From Rikenella microfusus (lineage in GTDB: Bacteria > Bacteroidota > Bacteroidia > Bacteroidales > DYQK01): DNA of 64,000 nucleotides. The DNA is taken from contig DYQK01000001.1 of the NCBI GenBank assembly GCA_020719385.1, forward strand, positions 5,630 to 69,629, in the 5' to 3' direction. The notes beneath the pieces were generated by a model. That model saw only the letters and a list, made by a program, of their open reading frames with translations. It searched no databases and was not told where the DNA came from. Made by a program: the position numbers and the translations under genes. Each line of letters starts with the position of its first letter. The first letter of the stretch is position 1. Positions 9,645-21,749 of the stretch are shown here, one piece after another.

Positions 9645-10238
9645 TTATTCACCAACGACAACCTTCGCAAAACGAATCACTTTGTCGTGCAGAAAATATC
9701 CTTTTTCAACAACGTCAACAATTTTATTTTTCAATTCGGGTTTTGGAGCAGGAATTTTCGTTATTGCCTCGTGAAAATCAGCATTGAAATTTGCATCTGA
9801 GATCTCTATTGAACGAATGCCGCGCTGTGCGAGAAATTCTTTGAACTTATTGTAAATCAACTCGATACCTTGTTTTATTGCGTCAGGGTCTTTTGCAATT
9901 TGCAACGAATTTAAAGCACGCTCAAAATTGTCAATAATCGGTAGAAGGTTCACCAAAATTTCCTCGCCTGCCGTTTTTATCAATTCCATTCGCTCTTTGA
10001 GAGTGCGTTTGCGATAATTGTCATATTCTGCTGACAAACGAAAATATTTGTCAGTCATTTCCGACAATTTGGCAGTTAATTCTGCAATTTCATCATTTTT
10101 TTCCTGCTTAGAAGACGAATCTTGTGAGGAGGAATTTGCATTGAAAGAGTCAGAAACATTTTGAGAATCTACGTCTTTTTTTTCGTTATTGGTTTCCTCA
10201 ACTACTTGATTTTCTTGATTTTGCACCTTTTCGTCCAT
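9645..10238 (-). CDS. grpE: nucleotide exchange factor GrpE
   Basis: GrpE coiled-coil and C-terminal beta domain ([20 protein letters not shown]). I trimmed the start to the ATG at 10238 (MDEKVQ...). The 35 codons upstream in the track ORF are low-complexity and contain a repeat-element copy. Confidence 0.9.
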   Translation of the reverse strand: MDEKVQNQENQVVEETNNEKKDVDSQNVSDSFNANSSSQDSSSKQEKNDEIAELTAKLSEMTDKYFRLSAEYDNYRKRTLKERMELIKTAGEEILVNLLPIIDNFERALNSLQIAKDPDAIKQGIELIYNKFKEFLAQRGIRSIEISDANFNADFHEAITKIPAPKPELKNKIVDVVEKGYFLHDKVIRFAKVVVGE

Positions 10239-10318
10239 AGATTTTTTTCTCTTTTTTTTCGAATTAAACAAAGAAAATTTCATAAAAATTGAAATTTTTA
10301 CATTAATACTCAAATTTG

Positions 10319-11458
<1,140 letters not shown>

Positions 11459-11547
11459 TTTTTTTATTAACTTTTTCTATAAAAAAACAGGTATTAATTT
11501 TTTTCAAAAAAGTTGATATCTGTTTTTCTCATAAAAAATATTAAAAT

Positions 11548-12969
11548 ATGTTAAATATTGAAGAAAAATATATCGATGCGGTAACAGAAAAATTATATCG
11601 TCTCCTTCGCGGCGAAATTCCTCCGATTTTGTCTCTCCCAAATGATTTTCCCGACAACGAAGTGCGACAAATGTATAATTTTTTTGATAAATTTTTGCTT
11701 GAGTATCAAGAATTTTCGAATTTTCTCTTCTCTGTTGCAAGCGGAGAGTTAAATTCACCGCCACCGATGGGAAAAATCAAAGTTATGCAGGCAATAAAAT
11801 CGTTGCAGTCAAATTTGCGGCACTTAACTTGGAAAACTATACAAATTGCAAGCGGCGATTTTAATCAAAAAGTCGATTTTATCGGAGATTTCTCAAAGGC
11901 ATTTAACCAAATGACGACTCAATTAAAAGAAGCGTTTGAGGAAATTCAGTTTAAAAACGAAATGTTACTCCAACAAAAAGAGGAAATTTCTGCGCAGACA
12001 GAAAATTTACGAAGTGCTTACGACAAACTGAAGGAACTTGATGAGTTTAAACAAGGTTTAACTTCGATGATTGTTCACGATTTAAAAAATCCGTTGAATT
12101 TTATTTTGAATATTCCGAATTCTTACTCGCAAGAAAAGAAAATTGAGATGATGCAAAACGCAGGAAGACAAATGTTGAACATGGTTTTGAACATTCTTGA
12201 TGTGCAAAAATTTGAAGAAGCAAAAATTTGTCTCGAAAAAATGAATTATTCCGTCAATGAAATTGTGAAAGAAGCAATTTTTCAAATAGAATTTCTTGCG
12301 AAACAAAAAAATATCGAGATAAAAAACGAAATTTTTGATAATTTTGTTATGAAAATTGACAAAGAATTGATAATTCGCGTTTTTGCGAATCTTTTTACAA
12401 ACGCAATAAAATACACTCATATCGGCGGCTCAATAACTTTGAAGGCACAGGAAACTGCCGACCATAAATTAAAAATTTCAATTTCTGACACAGGTGACGG
12501 AATTCCCGAAGATAAATTGGACAAAGTCTTTGAGAAATTCGAGCAAATTGCGGCAAAGGCTTCAGGTAACATTCGCTCTACGGGCTTGGGACTAACATTT
12601 TGCAAATTGGCGATGGAATCGCACAACGGCAACATTTCGGTGAAAAGCAAATTGAACGAAGGAACAACATTTGTTTTGATTTTCCCCAAAATAGAATTTT
12701 TCGAAAAAGATAAATTTTCAGAAAATCGAGACATTGCAGAATCAGAGAAAAGTATATTTTCTGATTTTTCGGACAAAGAGAGAAATTTGTTAAAACCATA
12801 TTTAACGGAATTGCAAAAATTCGAAGTCTATGAAACTACCGAAATTGAAAATATTTTAGAACACATAGATTTTGAAAATTCTAAAAATATCGAAAAATGG
12901 GAAAATAATATTTCTGAAACTTTATATAATTTGGATTTTCGCAAATATTCAAAATTAACAAATTTTTAA
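11548..12969 (+). CDS. sensor histidine kinase (orphan, no adjacent response regulator)
   Basis: H-box MIVHDLKNPLN, N box, G1 (DTGDGIP) and G2 (GLGLTFC). There is a coiled-coil/HAMP-like linker. Confidence 0.85.
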   Translation: MLNIEEKYIDAVTEKLYRLLRGEIPPILSLPNDFPDNEVRQMYNFFDKFLLEYQEFSNFLFSVASGELNSPPPMGKIKVMQAIKSLQSNLRHLTWKTIQIASGDFNQKVDFIGDFSKAFNQMTTQLKEAFEEIQFKNEMLLQQKEEISAQTENLRSAYDKLKELDEFKQGLTSMIVHDLKNPLNFILNIPNSYSQEKKIEMMQNAGRQMLNMVLNILDVQKFEEAKICLEKMNYSVNEIVKEAIFQIEFLAKQKNIEIKNEIFDNFVMKIDKELIIRVFANLFTNAIKYTHIGGSITLKAQETADHKLKISISDTGDGIPEDKLDKVFEKFEQIAAKASGNIRSTGLGLTFCKLAMESHNGNISVKSKLNEGTTFVLIFPKIEFFEKDKFSENRDIAESEKSIFSDFSDKERNLLKPYLTELQKFEVYETTEIENILEHIDFENSKNIEKWENNISETLYNLDFRKYSKLTNF

Positions 12970-12994
12970 TTTTATTCACAAAAATTTTGAAAAA

Positions 12995-14590
12995 ATGATA
13001 AATGTAAATTCTAAAATTACGTCTGTAACGGTTTATAAAAGTAAAGCACAAATTACTCGCACCGCAGAGATTACGTTGCCGCAAGGAAATCATAGTTTGC
13101 TTTTTGACAATTTGCCTGTTGAGATTGAAAATAACAGTTTGCAAGCACAGGGCAAAGGAGACGCCGTTTTGTGCGACATAAAATTGAAAAGCATCTCTTT
13201 TCGCGATTTTCCTGACGCAGAATTGCAAGCATTAAATGTTGAAAAAACAAAACTTCTTGATTCTATTACTGAGGTGAAAAATCAAATTGCTCGTCTCGAA
13301 AATGAAAAGAATTTGGTGAAAAAAATTGAGGAGAAACTCACTCATTCCGACCAAAAAGTTTCAGAAATGGATTTTGACGTTGAGAAATGGAATTCTGTTA
13401 TTGAGTTTTCGTTGAAAAAAATGGAAATTTTCGATTCTGAAATATTTGAAGCACAAAAAAACCTTCGAAATCTTGACTCTTCGCTTTCATTTTTGAATGA
13501 AAAAATTAATTCTTTGGGAAAACCAAAATCGAAAACACAAAATCAAGCAATTATTGAGGTAGAAATGAAAAATGAAGGCAGTTTAATGTTGGAAATTTCG
13601 TATCTTGTACGCAATGCTTCGTGGTTTCCTGTTTACGATTTGCGAGTTAGTACCGAGACAAAGACTTTAACGCTTCATTACAACGCAATGATTCAGCAGC
13701 AAACAGGTGAGTCGTGGGAGAATATTGCGTTGAAATTGTCAACTGCCCCGATTCATATTGGCGGTCAGCCGCCTGAGCTTGCTCCTTGGTATTTGAGTTC
13801 GCAGGTTATCTCGACAAGGTCGGAATCATTTCGCAAAGGCAAACTTTCAGCCATGACAAATCAGATGTTTGTGAAGGAGGAATCGTTAGAAGAGGACGAA
13901 AGTTGCGAGGAGGACAAATGTTTAAGCGATATTGTTGTTCCTAATGCGGAGGTAAAAAGTGGTTCTACGTCAGTTTTGTTCATTATTTCGCAAACTCAAA
14001 CGATATTGAGTCATAATGAGCCTCAAAAAATTTCGATTTTGATAAAAGATTTTCCCATTTCGTTTCGCTATTCGGCTGTTCCGAAGTTGTCGCCGTATGC
14101 GTATTTGAAAATGAAAGTTAAAAATGAGTCAGAATTTCCGCTTTTGGCAGGCGAGACGAATGTTTTTTTAAATTCTCATTTTATTTCTCACTCGAAAATG
14201 AATTTAGTTGCACCTAATGAGGAATTTTGGGCATTTTTGGGCATCGACGAGGGAATAAAAGTTGAGTACAAAGAGATTAAGAAATTTCAGAAGTTGGAAG
14301 GTTTTATTGGAAAAAAACGAAAAGAATTTTTCGAATATTTGATAATTTTGAAAAATCTCAAAAAAACAGAGGAGGAAATTGTTATTTGGGACCAAATTCC
14401 GATTTCGCAGCATCAAGATATTATTGTCGAGTTGCTTGAACCCAAATATAAGGAGGAAACTGCGTTTTTGAAAAAAAATGAACATCAATTTTTGGAATGG
14501 CTCTTCAAAGTAAAACCAAATGACGAGATACGAATTCCTTTTCGCTTTTCAGTAGAATTTCCGCAAGAAATGTACATTTACGGACTTTAA
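12995..14590 (+). CDS. DUF4139 domain-containing protein (MuiA-like family)
   Basis: 531 aa with the N-terminal pattern VTVYKSKAQITRTAEITLPQGNHSLLFDNLP, a central coiled coil and a C-terminal DUF4139-like region. Family recalled from memory. Function unknown. Confidence 0.65.
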   Translation: MINVNSKITSVTVYKSKAQITRTAEITLPQGNHSLLFDNLPVEIENNSLQAQGKGDAVLCDIKLKSISFRDFPDAELQALNVEKTKLLDSITEVKNQIARLENEKNLVKKIEEKLTHSDQKVSEMDFDVEKWNSVIEFSLKKMEIFDSEIFEAQKNLRNLDSSLSFLNEKINSLGKPKSKTQNQAIIEVEMKNEGSLMLEISYLVRNASWFPVYDLRVSTETKTLTLHYNAMIQQQTGESWENIALKLSTAPIHIGGQPPELAPWYLSSQVISTRSESFRKGKLSAMTNQMFVKEESLEEDESCEEDKCLSDIVVPNAEVKSGSTSVLFIISQTQTILSHNEPQKISILIKDFPISFRYSAVPKLSPYAYLKMKVKNESEFPLLAGETNVFLNSHFISHSKMNLVAPNEEFWAFLGIDEGIKVEYKEIKKFQKLEGFIGKKRKEFFEYLIILKNLKKTEEEIVIWDQIPISQHQDIIVELLEPKYKEETAFLKKNEHQFLEWLFKVKPNDEIRIPFRFSVEFPQEMYIYGL

Positions 14591-14598
14591 ATTTCATA

Positions 14599-14639
14599 AA
14601 AAAAATCTCTCAAAATTTAAAACTTTGAGAGATTTTTTT
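14599..14639. terminator. bidirectional intrinsic terminator hairpin
   Basis: AAAAAAATCTCTCAAAatttaaaacTTTGAGAGATTTTTTT with a 16-bp stem and A/T tracts on both sides, between convergent genes. Confidence 0.8.
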
Positions 14640-14649
14640 GTGACCAACA

Positions 14650-16212
14650 CTATTTGGCAAAACTAATTGCCCTTGTTTCTCGAATGACCGTTATTTTGAT
14701 TTGTCCAGGGTAAGTCATTTCGTCCTGAATTTTTTTTGCGATGTTAAAAGCAAGTGTTTCTGCTTGTTTGTCTGAAACTTTTTCGCTTCCGACAATAACT
14801 CTCAATTCTCTACCTGCTTGAATGGCAAAGGTTTTCAACACTCCAGGGTACGACAAGGCAACTGCTTCTAAATCTTTTAAACGTTTAATGTACGCTTCGG
14901 CGATTTCGCGTCTTGCTCCCGGTCTTGCTCCCGAGATGCTGTCGCAAACTTGAACGATGGGCGAGAGTACAGTGGTCATTTCTGCTTCGTCGTGATGCGA
15001 ACCAATGGCGTTACAAATTTCGGGTTTTTCTTTGTACTTTTCGGCAAGCCGCATACCTAAAATTGCGTGCGGTAGTTCGGGTTCGTCGTCGGGAACTTTC
15101 CCGATGTCGTGTAAAAGTCCTGCGCGTTTTGCCATTTTTACGTTTAAACCCAATTCTGCAGCCATTATGGCACACAGATTGGCTGTTTCGCGGGAATGTT
15201 GCAATAAATTTTGTCCATACGAGGAACGATATTTCATTTTTCCAATGATTCGGATTAATTCGGGATGTAAACCGTGAATTCCGAGGTCGATGGCAGTGCG
15301 TTTGCCTACTTCGACTATTTCGTCTTCGATTTGTTTTTTCGTTTTATTGACAATTTCCTCGATTCTTGCAGGATGAATTCTGCCGTCAGTGACTAACTGA
15401 TGAAGCGAGAGTCTTGCGATTTCGCGTCTTACAGGGTCAAAACCTGAAAGAACAATTGCCTCTGGCGTGTCGTCAACAACAATTTCTACTCCTGTTGCGG
15501 CTTCGAGAGCGCGAATATTGCGTCCTTCTCGTCCAATGATTCGTCCTTTGATTTCGTCATTGTCGATGGGAAAAACGGTAACAGAATTTTCAACAGCCAC
15601 TTCACTTCCGATTCGTTGAATAGTTTGAATCACAATTCGCTTTGCTTCTTTGCTTGCAGCCATTTTTGCTTCCTCTAAAATTTCGTTGAGATAAGCAGAA
15701 ACTTCGTTTTTTGCATCATTTTTCAACATTTCAACGAGTTGATTTTTTGCGTCTGCGGCAGTTAGTCCTGCGATAAATTCAAGTTTTTCGATTTGTTGTT
15801 TTTGCAATTTATCGAGTTCTTCGTTTCGTTTTGCAACATTTTCTGATTCAGTCTCGAGCGTGGCTTGTTGCGTGTCGAGTTCTTTTTTCTTGGTTTCGAG
15901 TTCTTTTTGTTTTTTTTGTAATTCCTCTTTGCGTTGGTTTAGTGAGGCTTCGCGTTGTTTTGCTTTGTTCTCGGCGGCAAGTAATTTGCTATTTTTTTCA
16001 TTGGTAGCCTTGTCGTATTCGGTCTTGAGTTGTAAAAATTTCTCTTTTGCTTGCAAAATTTTCTCTTTTTTAATGACCTCGGCTTCATTCTCGGCTTCCT
16101 TAATTATCTCTTCGCTTCGTTTTGAAAAAATTTTTATTTTCCAATAATAAGCGATGTAAGCTCCTGCGGCAAAGGACAACAGCCCCACACTTATGATGAT
16201 AAGCACCTCCAT
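14650..16212 (-). CDS. rny: ribonuclease Y
   Basis: N-terminal TM helix, long coiled coil, KH domain ([15 protein letters not shown]) and HD domain (LLHDIGK). Start trimmed to the ATG at 16212 (MEVLIII...). Confidence 0.9.
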   Translation of the reverse strand: MEVLIIISVGLLSFAAGAYIAYYWKIKIFSKRSEEIIKEAENEAEVIKKEKILQAKEKFLQLKTEYDKATNEKNSKLLAAENKAKQREASLNQRKEELQKKQKELETKKKELDTQQATLETESENVAKRNEELDKLQKQQIEKLEFIAGLTAADAKNQLVEMLKNDAKNEVSAYLNEILEEAKMAASKEAKRIVIQTIQRIGSEVAVENSVTVFPIDNDEIKGRIIGREGRNIRALEAATGVEIVVDDTPEAIVLSGFDPVRREIARLSLHQLVTDGRIHPARIEEIVNKTKKQIEDEIVEVGKRTAIDLGIHGLHPELIRIIGKMKYRSSYGQNLLQHSRETANLCAIMAAELGLNVKMAKRAGLLHDIGKVPDDEPELPHAILGMRLAEKYKEKPEICNAIGSHHDEAEMTTVLSPIVQVCDSISGARPGARREIAEAYIKRLKDLEAVALSYPGVLKTFAIQAGRELRVIVGSEKVSDKQAETLAFNIAKKIQDEMTYPGQIKITVIRETRAISFAK

Positions 16213-16580
16213 TTTTTGTTCGTTGTTAAGAAAAGTTAAAAAGTTTAACAAAAAACCCACATAAATTTCTTTTTTTTTCGACTAACTCTCAAAATTTCGA
16301 TTCAAAAATGCGGGCAATTTTTGTTATATATGTTGATTTTTCCCATTTACAAATTTTATTTTTTAAAAATATAAATGGTTTAATAAAAAAAATATTTATA
16401 AACATTTCATTTTCAATGAGTTACATAAATTTTAACGTTCAAAAATACCTTTTTAGACAGGTTACAAAATTATAAATTTTTTTTAATATACAAAAAATAT
16501 TTTTAATATTTGCGAAAAATTTTGATTTTTCCATAAAATTTTGTATTTTTGTGCGTTTAAAATTTCTAAACTTTAACTTT

Positions 16581-17255
16581 ATGATTTTCGATTTTTTCAA
16601 AAAAGAAAGCAAAGAAGTTGCTGACAAAAGTTTGCAAGAACGAATCGACCTTTCGTTGCAAAAAGCACTTCAAGATAAACGCACCGCCGAGCAAGACATC
16701 AAAAAACTCCGCGACTGGGCGCAAGACGCCATTATTGATGTGTATAGCGAATTTTTTCCAAACGCACATTTAACGTTTTATCGTGTAAAATACAAAGAAA
16801 CGGCACTCGAATCTTTTGACGAGATTAAACAGAAATATGCTTCGAAACTGTCAGAAGAAACGGTTTTGAAATGCGATAACATTGTTGACGGATATAAAAA
16901 TCAAATTGCTTTGCGACAATCGAAATTGGAATTGTACGACAAACTTATCGCCGAGTATTCCGAAATGAAGAAAAAAATGAGCGGCGGAGCAGGAAGCTCT
17001 GTCGGAAAGATGGACAAATTGTCTCAACACACGCAGAGACTTCGCGATATGGAAACCAACACTTCAGATTTGGCAAACACAATGACGGAATCTTACAAAC
17101 TCGAAAATTTGCAAAAAGAAGTTGAACTCAAGGAGGAATATCTCAAGCAACTCGAACTTTTGTCCAACAAGTATGGCGATGAAACAAGTTTCAAAAATTC
17201 TCTTGCCTACAAAGAAGAAGTTGACAAAATGATTTCTGATTTAGACAAAAAATAA
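16581..17255 (+). CDS. hypothetical coiled-coil protein
   Basis: The ATG at 16581 lies 30 nt after a TAnnTTTG box, and the track's GTG start overlaps that box. The sequence is charged and helical. No family recognised. Confidence 0.5.
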   Translation: MIFDFFKKESKEVADKSLQERIDLSLQKALQDKRTAEQDIKKLRDWAQDAIIDVYSEFFPNAHLTFYRVKYKETALESFDEIKQKYASKLSEETVLKCDNIVDGYKNQIALRQSKLELYDKLIAEYSEMKKKMSGGAGSSVGKMDKLSQHTQRLRDMETNTSDLANTMTESYKLENLQKEVELKEEYLKQLELLSNKYGDETSFKNSLAYKEEVDKMISDLDKK

Positions 17256-17489
17256 ATGTCTGTTTCTTTGTTGTGCATTGGTCTCAAAATGATAAGAATT
17301 TTACAAATGTCTGTTTCTTCGAAAAAACTTCTCATCGAAATAATGCGAATTATCCCTGCGGCAATTCTTGGGTATTTTCTCTCTAAACTCTTGAAACTCA
17401 CAGGGATAAGTCGTGTGATATTTTATTTTGCCGTTTATCTTGCGGTTGGGATACTTATTGAATTGATACGAAAAATGTTTAAAAAATAA
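17256..17489 (+). CDS. small hypothetical membrane protein
   Basis: 77-aa ORF abutting the previous stop (TAAATG), with two hydrophobic segments. Coding status is uncertain. Confidence 0.35.
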   Translation: MSVSLLCIGLKMIRILQMSVSSKKLLIEIMRIIPAAILGYFLSKLLKLTGISRVIFYFAVYLAVGILIELIRKMFKK

Positions 17490-17495
17490 AATTTT

Positions 17496-17903
17496 ATGGA
17501 AATTTTTGACCTCAACGAACTTCCGAATGTTGTCTCGCGATTTATAAATTCGCTTAAAAATAAACGGATTTTCGCTTTTTATGGAAAAATGGGTGCAGGA
17601 AAAACTACGTTTATCAAGCAATTATGTCTCGAATTGGGCGTTAAAGATATGGTTACAAGTCCGACTTTTGCGATAATAAACGAATATTCTACCTTTTCGA
17701 AACTAAAAATTTTTCATATTGACTGCTACCGTCTCAATTCTATCAACGAGGCACTCAATTTAGGAATTGAGGACTATATATATAGTGAGAATTTTTGCTT
17801 TATTGAGTGGGCAGAAATGATTGAAAATTTATTGCCCGCAGAAACGGTTTTTGTGCAAATTTCAGAAACTGAAACAGGAAAACGAAAAATTTTATGGAAA
17901 TAA
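17496..17903 (+). CDS. tsaE: tRNA t6A37 threonylcarbamoyladenosine biosynthesis protein TsaE
   Basis: 135 aa with the P-loop YGKMGAGKTTF and SPTF motif typical of TsaE/YjeE. Confidence 0.85.
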   Translation: MEIFDLNELPNVVSRFINSLKNKRIFAFYGKMGAGKTTFIKQLCLELGVKDMVTSPTFAIINEYSTFSKLKIFHIDCYRLNSINEALNLGIEDYIYSENFCFIEWAEMIENLLPAETVFVQISETETGKRKILWK

Positions 17904-19102
17904 CGAAAAAAATATTATCTGTGCGATTTGGTTTAGAAACGCAAGCGGAAATGGTTGAGATTTCTCATTCACACAAAATTTTGCGAATCGGAGTTCCAAA
18001 AGAAATTGAAAAAGGTGAATATTGCGTTCCGCTTACTCCTCAGGCTGTTCAGCAGCTTTGTCTGCAAGGAAATCAGGTTTTTCTCGAAGCAGGTGCGGGA
18101 AAAAGTGCAAATTATGACGATATTGAGTATATCGAGGCAGGTGCAAAAATTTCTTCGAAAAAAGAATGTTTCGAAGCAGAAATAATTTTAAAAATTGCTC
18201 CGCCATTTTGTGAGGAGATTTCACTTTTTAACGAAAAACAAATTTTAATTTCAAATTTACATATCAATTCGCAAACGGAATTGTCAATAAAAAAATTAAT
18301 ACAAAAAAAAATTACTGCCATTGGTTTTGAGTATATCAAAGATGAGAGAAATTTTTTTCCTGTAATGTTTTCTCTCAACGAAATTGCAGGTTACACGGCA
18401 ATTATGGTTGCTGCGGAATATTTGTCGAATGTTCACAACGGCAAAGGTGTCGTTTTGGGAGGAATAACGGGAATTTCTCCTTGCGAAATTGTGATATTAG
18501 GTGCAGATACGGCAGGCGAATTTGCGGCGAGAGCGGCTTTCGGATTAGGTGCAACGGTAAAAATCTTTGATAATTCAATTTTTAAACTCAAAAATATTCA
18601 GAATCGATTGGGGCAATCTGTTTTTACCTCTATTTTGCAATATTCGGTTTTGAGCAAAGCGTTAAAATCGGCAGATGTGGTTATTGGTGCGTTTGAAACT
18701 TCCGAAAATATTGCGGATTTTCGTATTTCTGTCGAAATGATAAAAACGATGAAACGCAATTCCTTGATTATTGACTTGAATAGCAGCGGCAATTCTTGCT
18801 TCGAAACTTCAGAGTTGACTAATTTGATTTCACCCACATTTCAGAAATACGGAGTAATTCATTATTGCGTTCCCAATATTACGTCTCGCGTGGCGCGGAC
18901 GGCCAGCATTGCGTTGAGTAATGTTTTAGTTCCGCTGTTGATTTCTTTGGGAAAAGCAGGAAATATTACTTCGCTTTTGAAGGAAAATTTGAGTATTCGC
19001 AACGGCACATATTTATTTAACGGCATTTTAACAAATTCGACTCTTGCCCAAAAATTCAATTTGCCTTCGAGAAATATTGACTTTTTGATGGCTGCTTTTT
19101 AA
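17894..19102 (+). CDS. alanine dehydrogenase / PNT alpha family NAD-binding protein
   Basis: N-terminal IGVPKEIEKGEYCVPLTPQAV and the dinucleotide fold ILGADTAGEFAA. The start may instead be the internal Met at 17954. Confidence 0.7.
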   Translation: MEITKKILSVRFGLETQAEMVEISHSHKILRIGVPKEIEKGEYCVPLTPQAVQQLCLQGNQVFLEAGAGKSANYDDIEYIEAGAKISSKKECFEAEIILKIAPPFCEEISLFNEKQILISNLHINSQTELSIKKLIQKKITAIGFEYIKDERNFFPVMFSLNEIAGYTAIMVAAEYLSNVHNGKGVVLGGITGISPCEIVILGADTAGEFAARAAFGLGATVKIFDNSIFKLKNIQNRLGQSVFTSILQYSVLSKALKSADVVIGAFETSENIADFRISVEMIKTMKRNSLIIDLNSSGNSCFETSELTNLISPTFQKYGVIHYCVPNITSRVARTASIALSNVLVPLLISLGKAGNITSLLKENLSIRNGTYLFNGILTNSTLAQKFNLPSRNIDFLMAAF

Positions 19103-19146
19103 AAAAATTTTATTATTTTTGTGCAAAAATTAAACTTCAGAAAACT

Positions 19147-19788
19147 ATGTTTGAGTTAGCAACTTTCGACAAACTTTTGAAAAATCGTTCATTTTTGTTT
19201 GTCAATAAACAATTTATTTTTTGGGATGTCAACGAGAGGAATTATGTTACCGTTGATATTGAGGAGTCTTATTCCGCTCAGGATTATGATAAATTGCCCG
19301 AAAATGCACCGTTTCAACTTATCAATTCAAAACTTTTTTTTATGCCTTCACCGACAATTTTACATCAAGACATTTTGCTTTTTTTAGCGTCAGAAATGCG
19401 ATATTTTGTTTCTTCTCAAAAATTAGGAAAAGTTTTTGTTGCTCCGTTAGATGTTTATTTGGACAATAAAAATGTTTTTCAGCCTGACATTTTTTTCATT
19501 TCGACAAATAATCAACAAATAATTCAGAAAAAAATTGTTGGTTCTCCCGATTTGGTTGTAGAAATTCTTTCTCCTGCCACAGAAATAAAAGATTTAAACG
19601 AGAAAATGGAAATTTACGGTTTAAAAAATGTGCAAGAATATTGGGTTATTTTTCCTGATAAAAAAATGGTTTCGCAATATGAAAATCAAAATCAAAAAAT
19701 GGTTTTGACAAATAAATTTTTCGAAACAGGAATTTTAAACTCAAAAACGATTCAAAATTTTGTTTTTGATATTTCAAAATTATGGTAA
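19147..19788 (+). CDS. Uma2 family (DUF820) PD-(D/E)xK endonuclease-like protein
   Basis: Motifs QPDIFFIS, SPDLVVEILSP and K..Y...V.EYWVI. Confidence 0.75.
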   Translation: MFELATFDKLLKNRSFLFVNKQFIFWDVNERNYVTVDIEESYSAQDYDKLPENAPFQLINSKLFFMPSPTILHQDILLFLASEMRYFVSSQKLGKVFVAPLDVYLDNKNVFQPDIFFISTNNQQIIQKKIVGSPDLVVEILSPATEIKDLNEKMEIYGLKNVQEYWVIFPDKKMVSQYENQNQKMVLTNKFFETGILNSKTIQNFVFDISKLW

Positions 19789-19821
19789 AATTTTATATAA
19801 AAACTTCATTATCAAATTGTT

Positions 19822-21600
19822 ATGGGAAAAACCTTTGTTGAAAAAATTTTAAATGCTTCTGTTGGTGCGATAGTTTTCGCAAAACCTGATATTGTTCTCA
19901 CGCACGATAATACGGCAAGTATTTATCAAACTTTTCAAAAAATGGGTGGAAAAAAAGTTTTCGACCCCAATCAATTATTAGTCGTTCTCGACCATAATGC
20001 ACCTCCAACGGATTCGAAACTTGCAAACGATTATCAGCAAATTCGCAATGTTGTCAAGGAGCAGGGAATAAAAAAGTTTCACGATGCAGGCAGAGGAATT
20101 TGTCATCAAATTATGTCGCAATATGCTCGTCCCAAAATGTTAGTCGTTGGCAGCGACAGTCATACTTGCACCGCGGGTGCGTTTAACGCTCTCGCCGCGG
20201 GTATTGACCGCACCGAGGCGGCAGGTTTGTGGAAGAAAGGCGAAACTTGGTTTCGCGTTCCAGAATCTATAAAAATCACACTTTCGGGGAAATTGCCAAA
20301 AGGCGTTTACGCAAAAGATATTTCGTTGTGGATTATCGGAATGATTGGTGCAGACGGAGCAAATTATATGTCTATAGAATTTCACGGCGAGGGAGTAAAA
20401 ACGCTTTCGCTTTCTGAACGAATGACTCTTGCGAATCTTGCTTCTGAGATGGGTGCCAAAAACGCAGTTTTTCCTTCTGACGAGGTTTTAGAAAACTTTT
20501 TAGGTGAAAAAATTGCAGGAATTTGGGCAGATTCTGACGCAAATTATTTCAAAGAAATAGAAATTGACTTGTCAAAATTAATGCCGTTGGTTGCTTGTCC
20601 GCATCAGGTTGAGAATGTTAAGTCTGTCTCGGAGGTGAAGGATGTTGTTGTGAATCAAGGAGTTATCGGCACTTGCACAAACGGCAGATTAGACGATTTG
20701 AGAATCGCAGCAAATATTTTAGACGGGAAAAAAATTGTTGATGGTTTTCAATTATTGGTAATTCCTGCTTCGCAAGAGATTTTTTTGCAGGCAATAAAAG
20801 AAGGCATTATTGAGAAAATTATTCTTGCAGGCGGAACGGTTTTGTCTGCTTCTTGCGGTCCGTGTTTGGGAACGGGGCAAGGAATTCCTGCGGATGGCGT
20901 GAATGTTATCTCAACGGCGAATCGAAACTTTTTGGGCAGAATGGGAAATCCGAAGTCGAATGTATATTTGGCATCGCCTGCGTGCGTGGCTTTTTCAGCA
21001 TTGAGTGGAAAAATCTCTGATCCGAGAGGTGAAAATTTTGATGACAAATTTCCATATCAAATTCCACAAACTTCAACAATTTCAATTCCTAAGAACGAAA
21101 ACAGACGTTCAAAAGATGGAATTTGGAATTATTCTGACGCAGATAATCTCAATACTGACCAGATGTTTGCGGGAAATCTCACTTATAGCGTTAAAAGTTC
21201 TGACGCAGCAGCGATTTTACCTCATTTGTTCAAAGGTTTTGATGAAAGTTTCGCAGAAAATGTTAAACCCAATGATATAATTATTGCGGGAGATAATTTT
21301 GGTTGTGGAAGTTCTCGCGAGCATCCTGCTGTCGGACTTGCGTTTGCAGGTGTGAAAGCGGTAATTGTTAAGTCTGTGAACAGAATTTTTTATCGTTCTT
21401 GCATAAATCAAGGACTTTTATTAATTGTTAACCGCGAAGTTGTTGAGAATTATCGCAACGGAGATACTTTCGAAATTGATTTTGAAAATGGTTTTGTGAA
21501 ATTAAACGAGAAAAAGTTTAATCTTGCTCCGTTACCTGAAAAATTAATGAAAGTTATTGAGAAAAAAGGACTTGTTAATTTTATGTTGAGTATTAATTAA
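19822..21600 (+). CDS. aconitase-family dehydratase, fused LeuC-like and LeuD-like domains
   Basis: Fe-S ligand regions GSDSHTCT, GTCTNGR and SCGPCLG, followed by a swivel-domain-like C-terminus of about 170 aa. No leuA/leuB is nearby. Confidence 0.8.
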   Translation: MGKTFVEKILNASVGAIVFAKPDIVLTHDNTASIYQTFQKMGGKKVFDPNQLLVVLDHNAPPTDSKLANDYQQIRNVVKEQGIKKFHDAGRGICHQIMSQYARPKMLVVGSDSHTCTAGAFNALAAGIDRTEAAGLWKKGETWFRVPESIKITLSGKLPKGVYAKDISLWIIGMIGADGANYMSIEFHGEGVKTLSLSERMTLANLASEMGAKNAVFPSDEVLENFLGEKIAGIWADSDANYFKEIEIDLSKLMPLVACPHQVENVKSVSEVKDVVVNQGVIGTCTNGRLDDLRIAANILDGKKIVDGFQLLVIPASQEIFLQAIKEGIIEKIILAGGTVLSASCGPCLGTGQGIPADGVNVISTANRNFLGRMGNPKSNVYLASPACVAFSALSGKISDPRGENFDDKFPYQIPQTSTISIPKNENRRSKDGIWNYSDADNLNTDQMFAGNLTYSVKSSDAAAILPHLFKGFDESFAENVKPNDIIIAGDNFGCGSSREHPAVGLAFAGVKAVIVKSVNRIFYRSCINQGLLLIVNREVVENYRNGDTFEIDFENGFVKLNEKKFNLAPLPEKLMKVIEKKGLVNFMLSIN

Positions 21601-21621
21601 TATTAAATTTCACTATTTTGT

Positions 21622-21656
21622 AAAGTTTTCATCGTAAAAGGTGAAAACTTTATTTT
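21622..21656 (+). terminator. intrinsic terminator after the aconitase-family gene
   Basis: AAAGTTTTCAtcgtaaaaggTGAAAACTTT followed by a T-rich tail. Confidence 0.65.
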
Positions 21657-21707
21657 TGTTGACAAATAAAATAAAAAAAAAGTTTACAAATTGATAAAAT
21701 AATTTTT

Positions 21708-21715
21708 TATCTTTG
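21708..21715 (+). promoter_or_regulatory. -7 box TATCTTTG for the ABC permease gene
   Basis: TAnnTTTG match 35 nt before the ATG. Confidence 0.55.
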
Positions 21716-21749
21716 CAAAAATTTTAGTTTTCTTTGTATAAATATTTTT

